A stretch of 64,000 nt of DNA from Scyliorhinus canicula (Eukaryota). Position 1 is the first letter of the stretch. Each line of letters begins with the position of its first letter. The stretch is from contig NC_052170.1 in NCBI RefSeq assembly GCF_902713615.1, forward strand, positions 4,340,001-4,404,000, written 5' to 3'. A program made the translations under genes and the position numbers. Shown here one piece after another: positions 1 to 13,968 of this stretch. A model generated the notes under the pieces. That model searched no databases. It saw nothing but the letters and a program-made list of their open reading frames with translations, and was not told the DNA's origin.

Positions 1-937
1 AAGCCGTTCCATTAAAAAGTCAACATTAAAATGTTCCTGCTCATCCCACAGGTTACACAGAAATAGGCCATTCAGCCCATCTGGCTCACTTTCACACCAG
101 CCATCTCCCACCCCCTACTTGGTGTCTCACTCCATCCGCCCCTCTATTCCTTGCTCCAGCTTCTCTCCCAATGCATCCGTGCTATCTGCCTCCAACTCCT
201 TCCCGAGGCAGCAAGTTCCGCATTCTAGCCTTGGACCGAGAGCACCGTGGCACAGTGGTTAGCACTGCTGCCTCACAGCACTGAGGACCCAGATTCGACC
301 TGGGCCCAGATTCTGTGTCTGCTTGGGTCTCACCCCCACAACCCAAAAGATGCGTACAGTCGGTGGATTGACCATGCTAAATTGCTTCTTACTTGAAAAA
401 AAAATTGGGTACTTTATATTTTTAAAAAGTTTGGTGGGGTGCATTTTGTTGGCAAAATCTGGTGTAGTCACACCCAGCATTTCCAAATAGAGAGATTTCC
501 CTAGCATTCACTCCCTACATTATAGATAGGGTTTTAAAGCTTTACTCCAGTGTCACATTGAAGAGAAGGTGACCAAGAAATAACTGCTGGTGGTGTAAGC
601 TTTATATTGTTAACTGTATACATGTCCATATGTGTTTGTGCTGAAAAGGCAGCAGGTCCATTCAGCAAACTCAACCCTCCCTACCAATCAAACCCTCCCT
701 ACCAATCAAACCCTCCCTACCAATCAAACTCAGTTGGGTCGACTCCAGGTTATTTAGTTCCCTAAACGAAAGCAATGATCCCAAATTTCAACTTCAAGAA
801 TAAAAAAAATCACCCACTACCTGCTCACATTAGTATGAGTGGCATTTCCTCCCCGATTCTGCCCACACTTGATAAGCAAATAAAAAGACAGATAAGCAAA
901 TAAAAAGACAGTTCCGAGAGTGAACTCCAGAAAAGTG

Positions 938-947
938 TTTATTTATT
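938..947 (-). terminator. Polyadenylation signals (overlapping AATAAA x2) of the SSX2IP-like gene
   Basis: tttatttatt on + reads as two AATAAA on minus, ~520 nt after the predicted stop. Confidence 0.55.
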
Positions 948-1459
948 TCATACATGTCAACATCTACGGAATCTCAAGCATCAAGAGACATACAACCATC
1001 TGCAAATCTCCTTCAGTATACATTACACAATGTCTATTCACCCAGGAATTTACTTAAAAAGCCCATTTGTGCCATTACACAGGACAATTTGTCAAATGGG
1101 CTGGAACAAGTGGCTACAAGCCTTTCCAATTGCTCTATTCTGGGTCCTAAATAGGTAACATTCAAGTCTCTGGGTATCTTCTCTATAAAACATAACAGCA
1201 ATATGTAACTGGGTGGCAAAGCAATAACATTTGAAGAAAATGATATGCTTCAACAGCAAACAAAAATCTCACCCAATTTCAGTATTGAGGCAAGAGCAGT
1301 GTACAGGAAACAAACCAGGTTTAAATTTTCCCTTCAATTTACTTAATCTACAGCTGTAAAAACATGATTTCCTGAGCGAGTGCAGAATAAACTAATAAAT
1401 TACTCATTATCAAAAAGGTCCAGGTCATTCCACAAAGTGCAACGGGTGTAACATGGCCA

Positions 1460-4400
1460 TTAGATTGGCGTGCACAAGTGTCCATAGCACAAAGAATCAC
1501 TGGAGTCATTCACAAACAGAGGTGTACGGATCCACTTAGGGCCATTCCTGGTTTGGGTTGCTGAATCTTGCTGGTGGGGAGGGCTCTCTCTTACGCTGCA
1601 ACATCTTTTGTGTCGCACAGTGGTGGCAGACCTGAAGCTGGAACAAACACCAGGCTCAGAATTCTATAACAGACCCAGCAAACACCCAATGTACCAGTCA
1701 CCCTTGCTAACATATCATCCCCCCCCCCCCGTCCCACTCACCCCCATCTCCAGATATACACCGAAAGTTATTAAAAAGTTTCTTCCCCTATCCCAGCCAC
1801 CTGCCAGACTAAGAAAGAGTTTGGGGTTGGCTTGAATGATAAATGCAGGTGCTGTACTGGAGAACCCAGGTGTGTAGTCAGCAGTATTACATTAGTCATC
1901 AAAGTTCACTTCCCAACTGATTAACACAATGGAGCTGTGCCCAAACATACCAATCTAACGGTGCGAGGAGAGATTAATGTGACTCTCTTAGGAGAGAGGA
2001 TTTTTAAAACATTAAAAATGACTTCTGCAGAGAAAGAAAACAAACATCTTTATGAAAGATGTCAAATTCATTGTTGGGGGGCAGAACTGAGAGAGACCAG
2101 AGTATGTACTTCATTTTCATACCAAGCCCCACCACATCCCCTCCCAACTCACACCACTGGCACTTGATAAAGTCTTCAGCACAAGGTCCAATTTTAAAAA
2201 GGACCCTTCTGGACAAGGTTAGAGAATTTACAACACTGCAATTCACCTCTGTTCTGGAATAATCCCCAACACCTCATACAATTCACAGGTTGTAGGCAAA
2301 GAGTGTCTCCGGAGGTTGGTGCATTTAGTCGGTGGGTTTGGAGTGTGCATCAGAGCACAGTGAGAATGCATGGACAACACGCCCATCTTTCGATTGGTTA
2401 GACGCGGAGATCTGTTTTCCTGGTCTAGAGAAATAAAGCAAATTGAGAGAGTAAAGTCTTACAGGGGAACAATAAAATAAGAAATCTCCCAGAGGAGATG
2501 ATTAACCCACGTTTGGTTTCAGAGTGGCCTGCTCACTTTCCCATCTGACGTATATGGAACTTTCTTCAAATAAAAGTGGGTTAAATGCTTCGAGATGTTG
2601 GAGAAGTGCCTAAACCGTTAGAGTCCTAGATTAGTGAAAGAGACTTTATCTCCAACGTGCACTGTTCAATGGCCAAGAATTGATGGCAAAAGCAGCAGGC
2701 CCAGTTGATTGCCAATCCCATAGAATCCCTACAGGAGGAGGCCATTCAGCCCATCAAGTCTCCACTCTACCGAGTCCACTCCCCACCCTATCCCTGTAAA
2801 CCCACCTAACCTGCACATCTTTGGACTGTGGTGGGAAACCCACACAGAGGAGAATGAGCAAACGCCACACCCAGACAGTCACCCAAGGCTGGTATCAAAC
2901 CCAGGTTCCTGGCACTGTGAGGCAGCAGTGCTCATCTGTGTGTAACCGTGGCAGCCCGAGACAGCATTCCCTCCAATGTTACTGTTCGGAGGGAACCACA
3001 CCCAATCCTGCTCAGCAACTGTGACAGGTTGGCCAGCAACTAGTCATATCAAACCCAGAACCAATATAAAGGGTGCAACAGGGCCACTGAGGGTTGGAGA
3101 CTGACAAGAGATATAATAGAAAGGAATGGCCCCTTTAAGAGACATCACCCTTTAAGAAGGTAGTTAGAAAACACAGTAAAAACTCCCAAATAATAGTGAA
3201 CCAGTGGTTTCTCAGCAATCTCAATTCGGCGAAATATAGAAGAAAATTACTGGGAGCAAAGGGTGTCCGCGGTTTCCACTTGGGTTTTGCCTTCTGATCC
3301 CGAAATGGAGTCAGGTTCAAGAACTGTTCCTTCAGGTGTAGTGCACGCTCCTCCTCAAACAATTTTCTCTAAACCAACAAGACAAGAGAGAAGCAATTTG
3401 CAGCAGGTGGCATTCAGGGGATTCCTGGCTCCACAATCCTAATTAACACGAGGTTCCTTTAAATGTCCAGCCCCCCCCCCCCCCCCCCCCCCCCTCCCCT
3501 CCTACTCACCTCCTGACCCAGTCGAATTGCTGCCTCGGTGAAATTTTGCCTCTCTGCCTCAAAGTTCTTTTTCTGCTCCTCAAACAGTTGCCGCTCTTTA
3601 CAAAACAATTCTCCCTCTTCCAGAAAATCAAAACCGCAGCCAAGATCTTCTTTCTGAATAGCCAGCTGGTCCTGGAATAGAAAAAGCAGAAGGCAGCAGC
3701 TAAGATAGAAACTGCGTTATTTCATTATGCACCCACGGCTTCTAGAGATACCTATTAAACTGCAAAACATCAGGACTGCCTAAGCACTCTGCTGAGGTAT
3801 TTCATCTCAGAATAGATGTTGCAGGATTTAATGCTCTGGTCAAGATCAGATCTTGCCCAATCCCTGCAAGTGCACAAGAGACTTGCCACTTCTTGCCCCT
3901 CACTCCAGTGTCTCCCTTCATTTTGTACAGGGTAAATGTGGCTGCAGACCAATCTTGTTCTTAGTGCTAGAGGCGAACAGGAGTGTCCCTGCACCCAGTA
4001 CTTAGAGAAGTCTAAATGACAACCAATGCTGCCCTTTGAACTTTAGACATGGGAGCTAAATGCCCTACGGGATCTCAGACTCGAATCAGCCATGGCCAAT
4101 GGAGGATGAAAACTGGGGCAGAAGAGGGCGACTTACAATAAACACATTGCTGCCTGCTAGAACATAGAATGAATAGGGAAGGAGGGAGAATGAATAGGGA
4201 AGGAGGGAGAAGGATGGCACAGAAAGACACCCACCAGTTTACAGTGACACAATCACTCATGATGTGAAGCAAAGAAACACAAAAGGAGAAGTTTCCGTTG
4301 AAGTAGTCAACCATGGCTTTGCCCAGGAGCACGTACCTCGAGAAGCTCCTGCTGCGCACTCATAATTTTCTTACTCTCTTCAAGTTCCAGCTTCAACTTG

Positions 4401-7400
4401 GCTATTTCCTTATCGTGGTCAGTTATACTGACAACGTGCTCATCCTTCTGAACCACCGGAGACTTCCTCATAGCTAGAGGGAAATACAGTGGATTTATTT
4501 GGCCTGAGTGTTACACTCGGTCACAAAAGACAGACCATCGTTGATCATTTGTGTTTATTCATTATTGGGCCATAAAAGAGGGCACGGTTTGAAAATAAGC
4601 ATCTCCTGTTTAAGGCGGAGATAAAGGAGCAATTTTGAGGGTCGTTAGTCGGTGGAACTCTCTTCCCCAGAGAGCAGCGGAGGCTGTGGGTCATTGAATA
4701 TATTCAGGACGGAGTTAATAGATCTTTGATCTACAAGGGAGTTAAGGGTGATGGAGGACAGGCAGGATTGAGGCCACAATATGATCAGCCATGATCATAC
4801 TGATTGGCAGAGCAGGTAGCCAACATTCACTGTCCATCCCAAGCTGCCCTGGAGAAGGTGGTAGTGGGCCTAGCTGCAGAAGTTTGATTCGATTAAGTGG
4901 CCACTCTAGTGGAAGAGTCAGCCATGTTGTTGTGGCCTGAGGCGATGTGGGTGATGTAATAAAGCAGTCACCCCCACCAATTTAGCAGCCAAAGGATGCT
5001 CTGGTTCAGCTTAGCTATCCAGCTTACTGATGCCAAAGAGCTTCGTCTCAGACCAATCGGATAGACACTCGAAATACTGCTGTCAGGAGCTGGAGAATAG
5101 AATGGAATGGATTTCTCTACAGAGGGAGAATGGGCCGAATGGTTTTCTGTGCCATAATGGCTGATAGGTGTTGAAGTGGAGTACAGTAGTCGGGCAGAAT
5201 CCTGGAACCATTTAAGGAGCCAGTGGTTGCTGTGATATGGGAATGGTTCAGAGGCAATAGGAATTTTCTTGGACGAGTGGGCCAGGATGGATTCATCATC
5301 CTTCCCCCATAGCTTCTTGTTAGAGTGACACTGACAGCACTGCTCACCAACCAGTGGGCACAATCTGAAGTAGTTACAAACACAGTCCACTGGTTTATAA
5401 ATGAGGATGGAGCCGCACACTACACTTGGAAAGTCGTTTTGAGATTACCTTGGTTCATGAGCTTAAAATGCCGTTAGCACCCGTTACACAATACTAATTC
5501 TTAAAAAGGACTTTATTTTTCAAATTGGCACATCAGAGTTTCTAGTGCAGCTGCCACAATGAGATAGGTGTCATTTACTTCACCTGTAACTGCTAGTTTT
5601 GCCATGTAATCCTTTAAGGAGTTCCACTGCTTTTCAACACACTCCGTCAGATTCCCTCTGGATGTATCTAGGGAATCATCGATGATGGTTACTTCCTCCT
5701 ATTTCAAAATGTCAGCACAGGATTTTAGCACTTTTAGAATGTTTGTTAAGCCAGTTATAACGACATTGACTTCGAACCACTCACCACCTGATGCAAAAGC
5801 CAGGTGTACAAATTTCTTTACCATGTGGTTGTGTGGGGTATGGCAAGGTCACTAGTCTACCTGGTCAGGCCCGTCTCTTTCATTCAGCCTCTCTCCAGCT
5901 GCCTCCAACTGGAGCAAATCATTGCAAACAAAAAAAACTGACTGCTAGTGTGAGAACACGGGGCTGTAGGCAAGGGAGTTGACGCAACGGGGGCTGTATG
6001 CAAGGGAGTTGACGCAACGGGGGCTGTGTGCAAGGGAGTTGACGGGGGCTGTGTGCAAGGGAGTTGACGCGCTGAGTGAGTAGAGCTCTTGCGAGTAGAC
6101 AAAACAGAATCTACATCCCAGCAACGGTGCAAACAACCTTCATCCGTTTCAAAGACTACCAATACTTGTAGGCTTTTTAGAACTGAGGTACTCGAGAGAG
6201 GAGAAAAAGAGAATGAACACTGATCAATCTTGCATTAGAACTGTTCAGATGAAAGGTGACAACCTGAGATATTAACTCCATTTTCCTTCCTGACTGCTTA
6301 GTGCCAGTATTTTGTTTTTTCTTCAGCATCTCTTCACTATTTTGTTTGAATTCAGTGTCCACCTGCAGCACACCCAATGCACGTCAGACAATTAACTATT
6401 TGAGGGTTGAATCGCTATAGCTACGTAGCCGCCAATTTCCCCACAAGGTGATCAATGGTAAATTCACATTTAGGTGTTGCTGGTTAAAGAACATTGGCCG
6501 GGAAAAACCAGCTCTTCAAAATATAGTGCCCTACAATTCCCTACATTCACCCGAGCTGACCACCATGCCCTCCGTTTAATATGAAATGAAAATTGCTTAT
6601 CACGAGTAGGCTTCAATGAAGTTACAGAAAGCCCCTAGTCGTCACATTCCGGCGCCTGTTTGGGGAGGTCGGTACGGGAATATCTCAAGAAGGCAACTCC
6701 TATGACAGTGCAGCACTCTCTTAGTCCTGCATTAAAGTGTGAATCTGAGATTCCCATTTCCACAGCAGCACAAGAGGCTACTTTCAGTCCAACCATTAAC
6801 AATCCAACCAATTAGGACAGTGAACATCTGGCCAGCTGTATGGTGCAGGGGGAGGTTGCAGTGTGAGAATGCTGGAGACCCACTTTGGACTCAGGATAAC
6901 AGCACAAGACTATATAATCAAATGATGATTAATTGCTCATACTTACTGCAAGTGTCTGACAAGATTTGGCTCTGCCCAGTTTGGGGTGTGGACTGAGAAA
7001 TTCACTCATCTCACTCTTCATTTGGTTCAAAACCCTCGTCAGCTCCGCATTATCCGACACCAGCTCCTGAATTTGAGCCTCATACTTCACGACAAGCACT
7101 TTGTACATTTCCTCTTCCCTCCTGCAGCACAGAGTAGACACGGTGCATTGAAAAAAAGCAAACATTGGGCCTCAAGCCATCCAGAGAAGAGACTTTATTA
7201 GCCTATCCTGCCATCGTCATCAGTCATGCCATCATTAACCAGGTCAAAGTTAGAATCACACCCTTATGTTTTAGCCTTCTAGTTCAGGTTAGAAACTCTG
7301 CAGCAAGAAATACATTCAACTCTCACAGAACATAAATACCAATCATTAAAGCAAAAGATGACTCCAAGTGTAAGCAGGCAACATATTCGACACAGCTTCT

Positions 7401-10400
7401 AGATTCAAAGGAAGAACAGCCAATATGACTCTACCACACAATGCAGTTTATATAGGAGGGGAGTACTGTAGCTCAGGGAGGTCTTGTGGTCTGTGGGTAG
7501 CCTCCCTAACTCTGGGCTCCAGGTTCAAGTCATTACTTCAGGACTTGATGGCCACGGAAGGTTTTCATAACTTGTTCAGACAAGTGGGTTACCAGCCTGT
7601 AAATCCTCCCAACAAGCCTGATGGCAGGTGATCAGAGTGGGAGAGTTTCCTGGTCAGCTGTACTGCAGAAGACAAGCATAATCATGGACCAATATAATGA
7701 AAGTCCATGGTTACCAATGCCCTCATGGAGTATGGTATCTGGAGGGGGTGTGTAGCTTAGAGCAAGAGGAAAATGGTTTAAACACTGTTCAGTTCAGGTC
7801 CAGGTGGGAGTTACACCAAACGCCAAGCCTTCTGGGCGAAGATGGGGGATTGAAAGCTGAATTGAAAGATTGAAAGCTGAACCTGACGCTCAGGCCTCAG
7901 AGCAAGGAAGAAGGCATTGGCAGAAATATTGGCCAGCTGTCCACTCTCTTAGAACATTGCAAAACATGTTAGGAAAGAATATGCAAAGTATGCCATTTTA
8001 TTTAAATGCTGTCAAGATTCCTGGCACACAAGGATCATCACTTCACATGTGGCAGGACAGAGTTGAAATGTGACCAGTAACTCATATTCTGGCTGCTTTG
8101 AAATGATGTATCTGGCTCCCCCAGAAACAGAATGACTCGAACCACCTACGTTACCTCCCGAGCAGTCCGCTCTACACGTTCATCAACATGACAAGAAATT
8201 AACCTGCCCCAGCTTCAAATCCACCAATCCCCATTGTAAATTCATAAACATAAAGTATTTAGTCTCCTGAATCTGAATAAATAGAGTCCTTAACAATTCA
8301 AACTCTCTTTTCTATCCCATGGCTCCACTCCGAAATGCTAACAATCTACTCATGCAGAGACTGCCTCACAACATGGCATGGAAATCACTGCCAATTACTC
8401 AAGGTGTGCAGTTCAGAATGCAGGATTTAATAGTGCTTTCGATTTGACAAGAGCACGAGTCAGATAATCCTACCTCAATTCAGACTTGCTGGTTCTCCAG
8501 AAGGAGCGTTTTCCATCAGATCGTCCGATGGGGTTCAGGATATCTAAAGCTGTAAAAACGGAGTAAGGAAGATTTAATAGATCACATTTATTTATTTATT
8601 TAATATAAAAGTGTTGTCAATTGGCAGGTCTCTCACCGACGCCCTATAGAAACCCTGCCTCTTTCATCCCCTGTTGCTCTTTCCTGATTATTTGTTACAC
8701 ATGTATCTCCTTCTCAGTCCTCAGACACGGTTTTAGACAAGCTTCCCACTCTGTCCTTGTTCTGGTGTTGCTGTCCAGGTTTGGTTCCTCCTCAGGAGTA
8801 CAGTTCCACTGCCTATAGCAGGTTTCTTGGCCCAATATGGTATCCCCATAATAATTGGTGGATGGCAAAATCAAAACAGTATCCAACATGCATAATAAAC
8901 AGCGTCTCCATATTGAGGTGATGGCACAAAGCCCTTTAGAATGGCTGACGTACAGGGCTAAAACTTCTACAAAAAACTGAAATCGACCCAGATTCCTTCC
9001 CTCGCTCTCTTCCTGGCCTGCTGATTGTTCCCAGCATTTACTGATTTTACTTCCGATTTCCAGCATGCTCAAAAGAAATTCAAAACCAAATCCAAAATTA
9101 GTTGGTTGGTGTCCCATGACTTGCCTTCAATTGATGCTCACAGCAATGGCATGTGATGCACATCATGCAGGCTCAGGATAAGCAGGGCCTGTGTGAGCAC
9201 GCACCCTCGATTGGAATTCTCCCCCCCCCCCCCCCCCCCCCACCCCCCACCCCCCCAACCCCAATAAATAGTCAAATAGTTACCAATTCTTTTGTCCTTT
9301 TTGTCAGTCAGGTGGTGATGAATCTTCTCCTTCAGTTTATTCAGTTCCTGTTCCTTCCTCTTCAGCTCATGGAGATACTGAGCTGCCCGACTTGCTATGA
9401 TACTCTGTAACTTCACCACCTGGATGAGAGATGGCAGCAGTCAGTAACACACAATACCACTTCTGGTGGTGCCAGGGCCCCAAGTTCCAAATGCCCTCCC
9501 CAATTTTGTTTTTGATTAAAGTGATGAGGCCCAGCATTTGTTGCCCATTCCTCATTACCCTCGAGAAGGTGGTGGCGAGTTGTCTTCTTGAATCGCTGCA
9601 GGCCATCAGGTGCAGGTACACCCACCGTGCTGTTAGGGAGGGAGTTCCAGGATTTTGACCCAGTGACAGTGAAGAATATATTTCCAAGTCAGGGTGGTGA
9701 ATGATTTGGAGGAGAACCTCCAGGTGGTGTGGTTCCCGGGTATCTGCTGCCCTTGTCCTTCTAGATGGGAGAGGTTGTGTGAGCCTTGTTGAGTGCATCT
9801 TGTAGATGGTACACATGGCTGCCACCGTGCATCAGAGGTGGAGGGAGTGAATGTCGGTGGAAGGGGAGCCAATCAAGCAGGCTGCTTTTTCCTGGATGGT
9901 GTTGAGCTTCGAGTGTTATTGGAGGCATCTACGCAAGAGGTTGTTGGAGGCATCCACGCAAGAGGAGTGTTCTCCATCACACTCCTGACTTGTGCTTTGT
10001 TGGACAGGCTTTGTGGACTCAGGAGGCGAATTACTTGCCCCAAGGTTTCCAGCCTCTGACCCGCCCTTGTAGCCACAGTATTCATATAGCTAGTCCAGTT
10101 CAGTTTCTGGTCAATGGTCACCCCCAGGGGAATGCCAAGATGGTTAGATTCTCTGTTGTTGGAGATGGTCACTGCCTAATCCCCTCCACTTCATTCCTTT
10201 AAGAACCTCCTAAAACCGGCTTCTTAGACTAAGCTTTTGTCAGTGGTCCTAATGTCTGGTTATATGGCACTGTAGCATCCATACAGCCTTCGTGCTCTCT
10301 CTGTCCTCACTATGTAAGGCCAGCTATCAGCATGGACCCAAGCCTTGCTGCTGTTGTGTGGTGTATTGTTATTCAGCAACTTTGTATGAAGGTGGTTTCT

Positions 10401-13400
10401 GGAGACAGTATAATGTCAATCATTCCAGCACAGCAACTACATACTGGTAATCTCTCCCAGCCACACTCCATTTCAACATTGGTTACTCTGCACTCCTGCC
10501 AACAAGTAAACCATCAAAAATTCCACCTTCACTGAACTCTGGGCAGCAGGAGTTAGGGACTAGAGAGAATGGGTTAGATCAAAGGTCACAATTAACACCC
10601 TGACAGTAAATCTTACCTCCTCCATGTGGTTCTTTAGCTGATTATTCAAACTCCGGATGCTATTCTGCCTTTGCTGTTCTTTTGTTTGTGAAGCAGCAAT
10701 CTCTTGCTCCAACGCCGTTACCTCTTCCTATGTGGAAAGCACATTCTAGTGCAACTGTAAGCCTACTGGTCAGAGTGATTGAATCTTCCTTCCCATTGCA
10801 GGAGCTCTTCATCTAGCCAGAAGATTGGTTGCCATGGATCCCCACCTCAGTCCCACCCCACACCCCAGTCTGCCCCCACCGTTATTCATCAACTATTTTC
10901 TCATGTGCTGCTTCCCTCTACGTTTTCTGTCGATAATTGGCTGTTCCCCCCCTCCATCTGCTCAAATGTGATCAAAATATTATACCCTTTCTTCTTTCTT
11001 TAATGTCATGCATTAACTTACTCTTTCCTCCAACCTTCTTCATTAATCTGCCTGTCTGTGAAACATCCTCTTGCATGTGGAACCTGCATGTCATATCCGC
11101 GGGGACTAGAGGCAACATGTGCCTGACGCAGCACCCTTCAATAAATTAATGGGCCAGATTCCTGTTCTAAAGAAAACTTCTGCCACCTTGGGAGTCCTCT
11201 GTAAAAATGGCCCACTCAATAAAAAGTAAAAAAAAGAGGGGAGAGAGATACGGTTCAGCTAGATCCCCCATAACACAAAAACTAAAACCCATCTCCACTT
11301 GGATAGAGGAGCACAGCAGAACTGATGCACCCCAGACCCCTTTCCGGTTGCTCGGAAAGGGTAGAAACGGTCATATCCCGATTACAATTACCCAGCAACA
11401 TCCTCATTTAATAAGCGTTAAATTTGCCAAAAATGTTTACTTTTACTACAGGTCTCAGGTTCAGGATAACTCACCTGTAGTTTTAACTGGCTGCTTTTCA
11501 AACCATCCTGCTCGTTGAAGGATTTTAATCGCTCCCTTTCTAGCCCACTCACTTTAGCCACATTCTTCCAATGGAGCTGCAGCAGGCTGTACACGCAGTT
11601 TATTAGAGTTACCACGTTACAGCTCGAAGCTGGCTTCTCCTCAAAACTATCACCGTCAAACAATGGAGGGAGTCCCAATGCGTTCAGCTCCTGGAACATT
11701 TGATAAAGAGTCAACCCTATTTGATTATCAGCTCCTTAAACTGAGGAATGGTTAAAATCCTTGACCACTTAGTCACTTCTTTGACAACATGCCAGACTGA
11801 CGGTTAACAGAAAGGAGACGGTGTACAAATAACCAATATTAACATACCCAGGTAGCCTCACTTGAAGCTTACAGCCTGGACCTAAACCATGGAGCTCCTA
11901 ATAGGAAGTGGAATGCACAGCACAGAAACAGGCCATTGAGCCCAACCAGTGCTCCATTCCAGATCATACAAAAAGGTTAGAACATTATGACATTGTAAAT
12001 TAAATTAGACACTCAAGACTCATGCTGGTACACACTCGAGGCAGTGCATGAGCACAGTAATGGCAGAGAGGTTACTTTTTAGCATCAAGTATAAATGCTG
12101 CGTTGGGATAGCCCACATGTTAACATGGAGTAGGGAGATAGTGCACTCAACGGCTGCTTGTGAGAATGAACCGCGAGCTGAAAACTCGGACTCTTACCCT
12201 TTAGCATTGGGAGTAGCAGCTGGTCTGGATTAGCAGGGTGAATAGGAAGGCATTGAAACAGGAAAGAGCGCAAGGGGAAAGTCAGAATGGCACAAGAGCT
12301 ACAAGTCTCAGCTTCAGCACTGTTATTCCTTCCCTGCCCCCACCCCAGGATAAATGAGCATACTGTTCCAGTTTTTATGGAACTTCTGTTAACTGTATTG
12401 CACTCCCTACATTGCAAGTGCCACGTGGAGATAAACAATTCCTGAGGTTCTTGATGACAGAGTGGGCAGCACGATGTAGTGCACAAAAACTGCAAGCGAC
12501 TTATCTCGCTACTCTTTAGATGCTTTCATTTGTTTAGCACTGCTGCCTACCCAGCCCCAGGTCACTGGCTGTGTGGGTTTCACCGCCACAACCAAAGAAA
12601 TGGGCAGGTTAGGTGGATTGGACATGCAAAATTGCTCCTTAATTGGGAAAAAAAATAACTGGGTACTCCAAGTTTATTTTTAAAAAAAAAGATACTTTCA
12701 ATTGGACGGATCTGGGAACCTTCTCAAATTCCCTGGTGAGGAGCACATGTTCAATTTTAATCATTCCAGGTGCCAATGAAGTTATCAAAGGGGAACTGAT
12801 GCAATAAACGAAGTATGAACCGCAACCAACTGATCAGATTTCACAAAGATTAAAGCAAATTACTGCAGAGGCAGGAATAGGGAACAAAAACAGAAAATGC
12901 TGTACAATCTCAGCAAGTCTAACAGCAGCTGTGGAGAGAAAAGGGAGCGAACGTTTTGAGTCTGGGTGACTTTGACTTTACTGTTTTTGGATCAGATGTC
13001 ACTACTTGAACAGCACCAACAGATTCTTAACAGAGATTCCACTTGACATTCTGTGCAAAACTGGAAATGTCAAATTGAGGGGGGTGGGGGGATTGAAAGA
13101 CAGGAATGTATTTAATTGCTGGGTGGAATGTTCTGAGTGGTTTGCTTAGAGTCTGTGGGATCCAGGATCAGACTAGTAGCTTCTTTGACTATAAACAGCA
13201 ATGCCACACGAGTCCAGAGACCGCAACACCTGAATTTACAGATTTGGTCAATACTAAAGCAGCGATTCACTTTAGCCTACCTTGTTTAGGTACGATATGC
13301 ACTCCTCGGCATTGTCGCCCCAGCAGAAAACATCTGGGTTGAAAAGGATGGGGAGTGATAGCACTGGGGAGCAGTGCAGAGTTATGGTGTTGGCAGGGGA

Positions 13401-13968
13401 GAACAGTGAAGCAGACGGAGAAACACACCGCACAATGAAACTCGTATCTGTGGAGAAATTGATTTCAAAGGCGGTCAGTTAGGGCAACGTTCCTCAAGCA
13501 AGAGGGCAGAGCAGCATCAGCTATCTTCCCCAGAGGGCCCAGGCATATTTCTTGACTGAAGTTACAATAATACTGAAGCAAAGCAAGGAGCCAGGACTGC
13601 AGGTTTGGTGATGCACAAGTTAACCAGCCGGTAATCAGCCAAGACAGGATGCAATATTCAATCCTTCATTCTGAAGCCCTGGTAGTTATGCTTGGGACAG
13701 ATCTTGCTGCCCTATCTTTATCTATCGATCAGGGGAATGTTGCTGGGGCCACTGCTGCTTTAAGAACAGAAGCTCAAGAATGACTGGCAGATCAACAATC
13801 ATTTGTGGGACCTTGCCATGTGCCAATTGGCCACGGTGTTTCCTACATTATTGTACAGCACTTTTGGGACATCCTGTGGTCATGGGAGACACTTTATAAA
13901 ATGAAAGTTTTTCTTTTTACACACTATGGATTGGACAGAAGCTCACCTGGCGTCCTCCAGTCAGCCAT
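1460..13968 (-). CDS. SSX2IP/ADIP-like (afadin- and alpha-actinin-binding) coiled-coil protein, 13 coding exons, ~596 aa; divergent, probably a paralog
   Basis: Coding exons (minus, all GT-AG, phases consistent): 13968-13947 (MADWRTP), 13447-13281 (..VFCWGDNAEECISYLNK), 11690-11475 (ELNALGLPPLF..), 10727-10617, 9419-9284 (VVKLQSIIASRAAQYLHELKRKEQELNKLKEK), 8549-8474 (LDILNPIGRSDGKRSFWRTSKSE), 7121-6947 (EEEMYKVL..NAELTRVLNQMKSEM), 5698-5584, 4473-4337, 3671-3510 (QKKNFEAERQNFTEAAIRLGQE), 3368-3251 (RKLFEEERALHLKEQFLNLTPF), 2424-2247, 1637(or 1631)-1460 (TAA). Motifs align colinearly with remembered human SSX2IP (MGDW.., KLQNIIASRATQY, FTEAAIRLGLERKAFEEER). The last two exons are less certain. 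Confidence 0.9.
5960..6070. repeat. ~29-bp tandem repeat x4
   Basis: GGGGCTGT(A/G)TGCAAGGGAGTTGACGCAAC units. Confidence 0.85.
9510..10175 (-). mobile_element. CR1-group LINE 3' fragment
   Basis: Frameshifted ORF2 C-terminus (LGVTIDQKLNWTSYMNTVATRAGQRL, KAQVRSVME, AAMCTIYKMH, GLQRFKKTTRHHLL). Related pieces at 20360-20560, 39160-39600 and 45420-45780. Confidence 0.75.
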
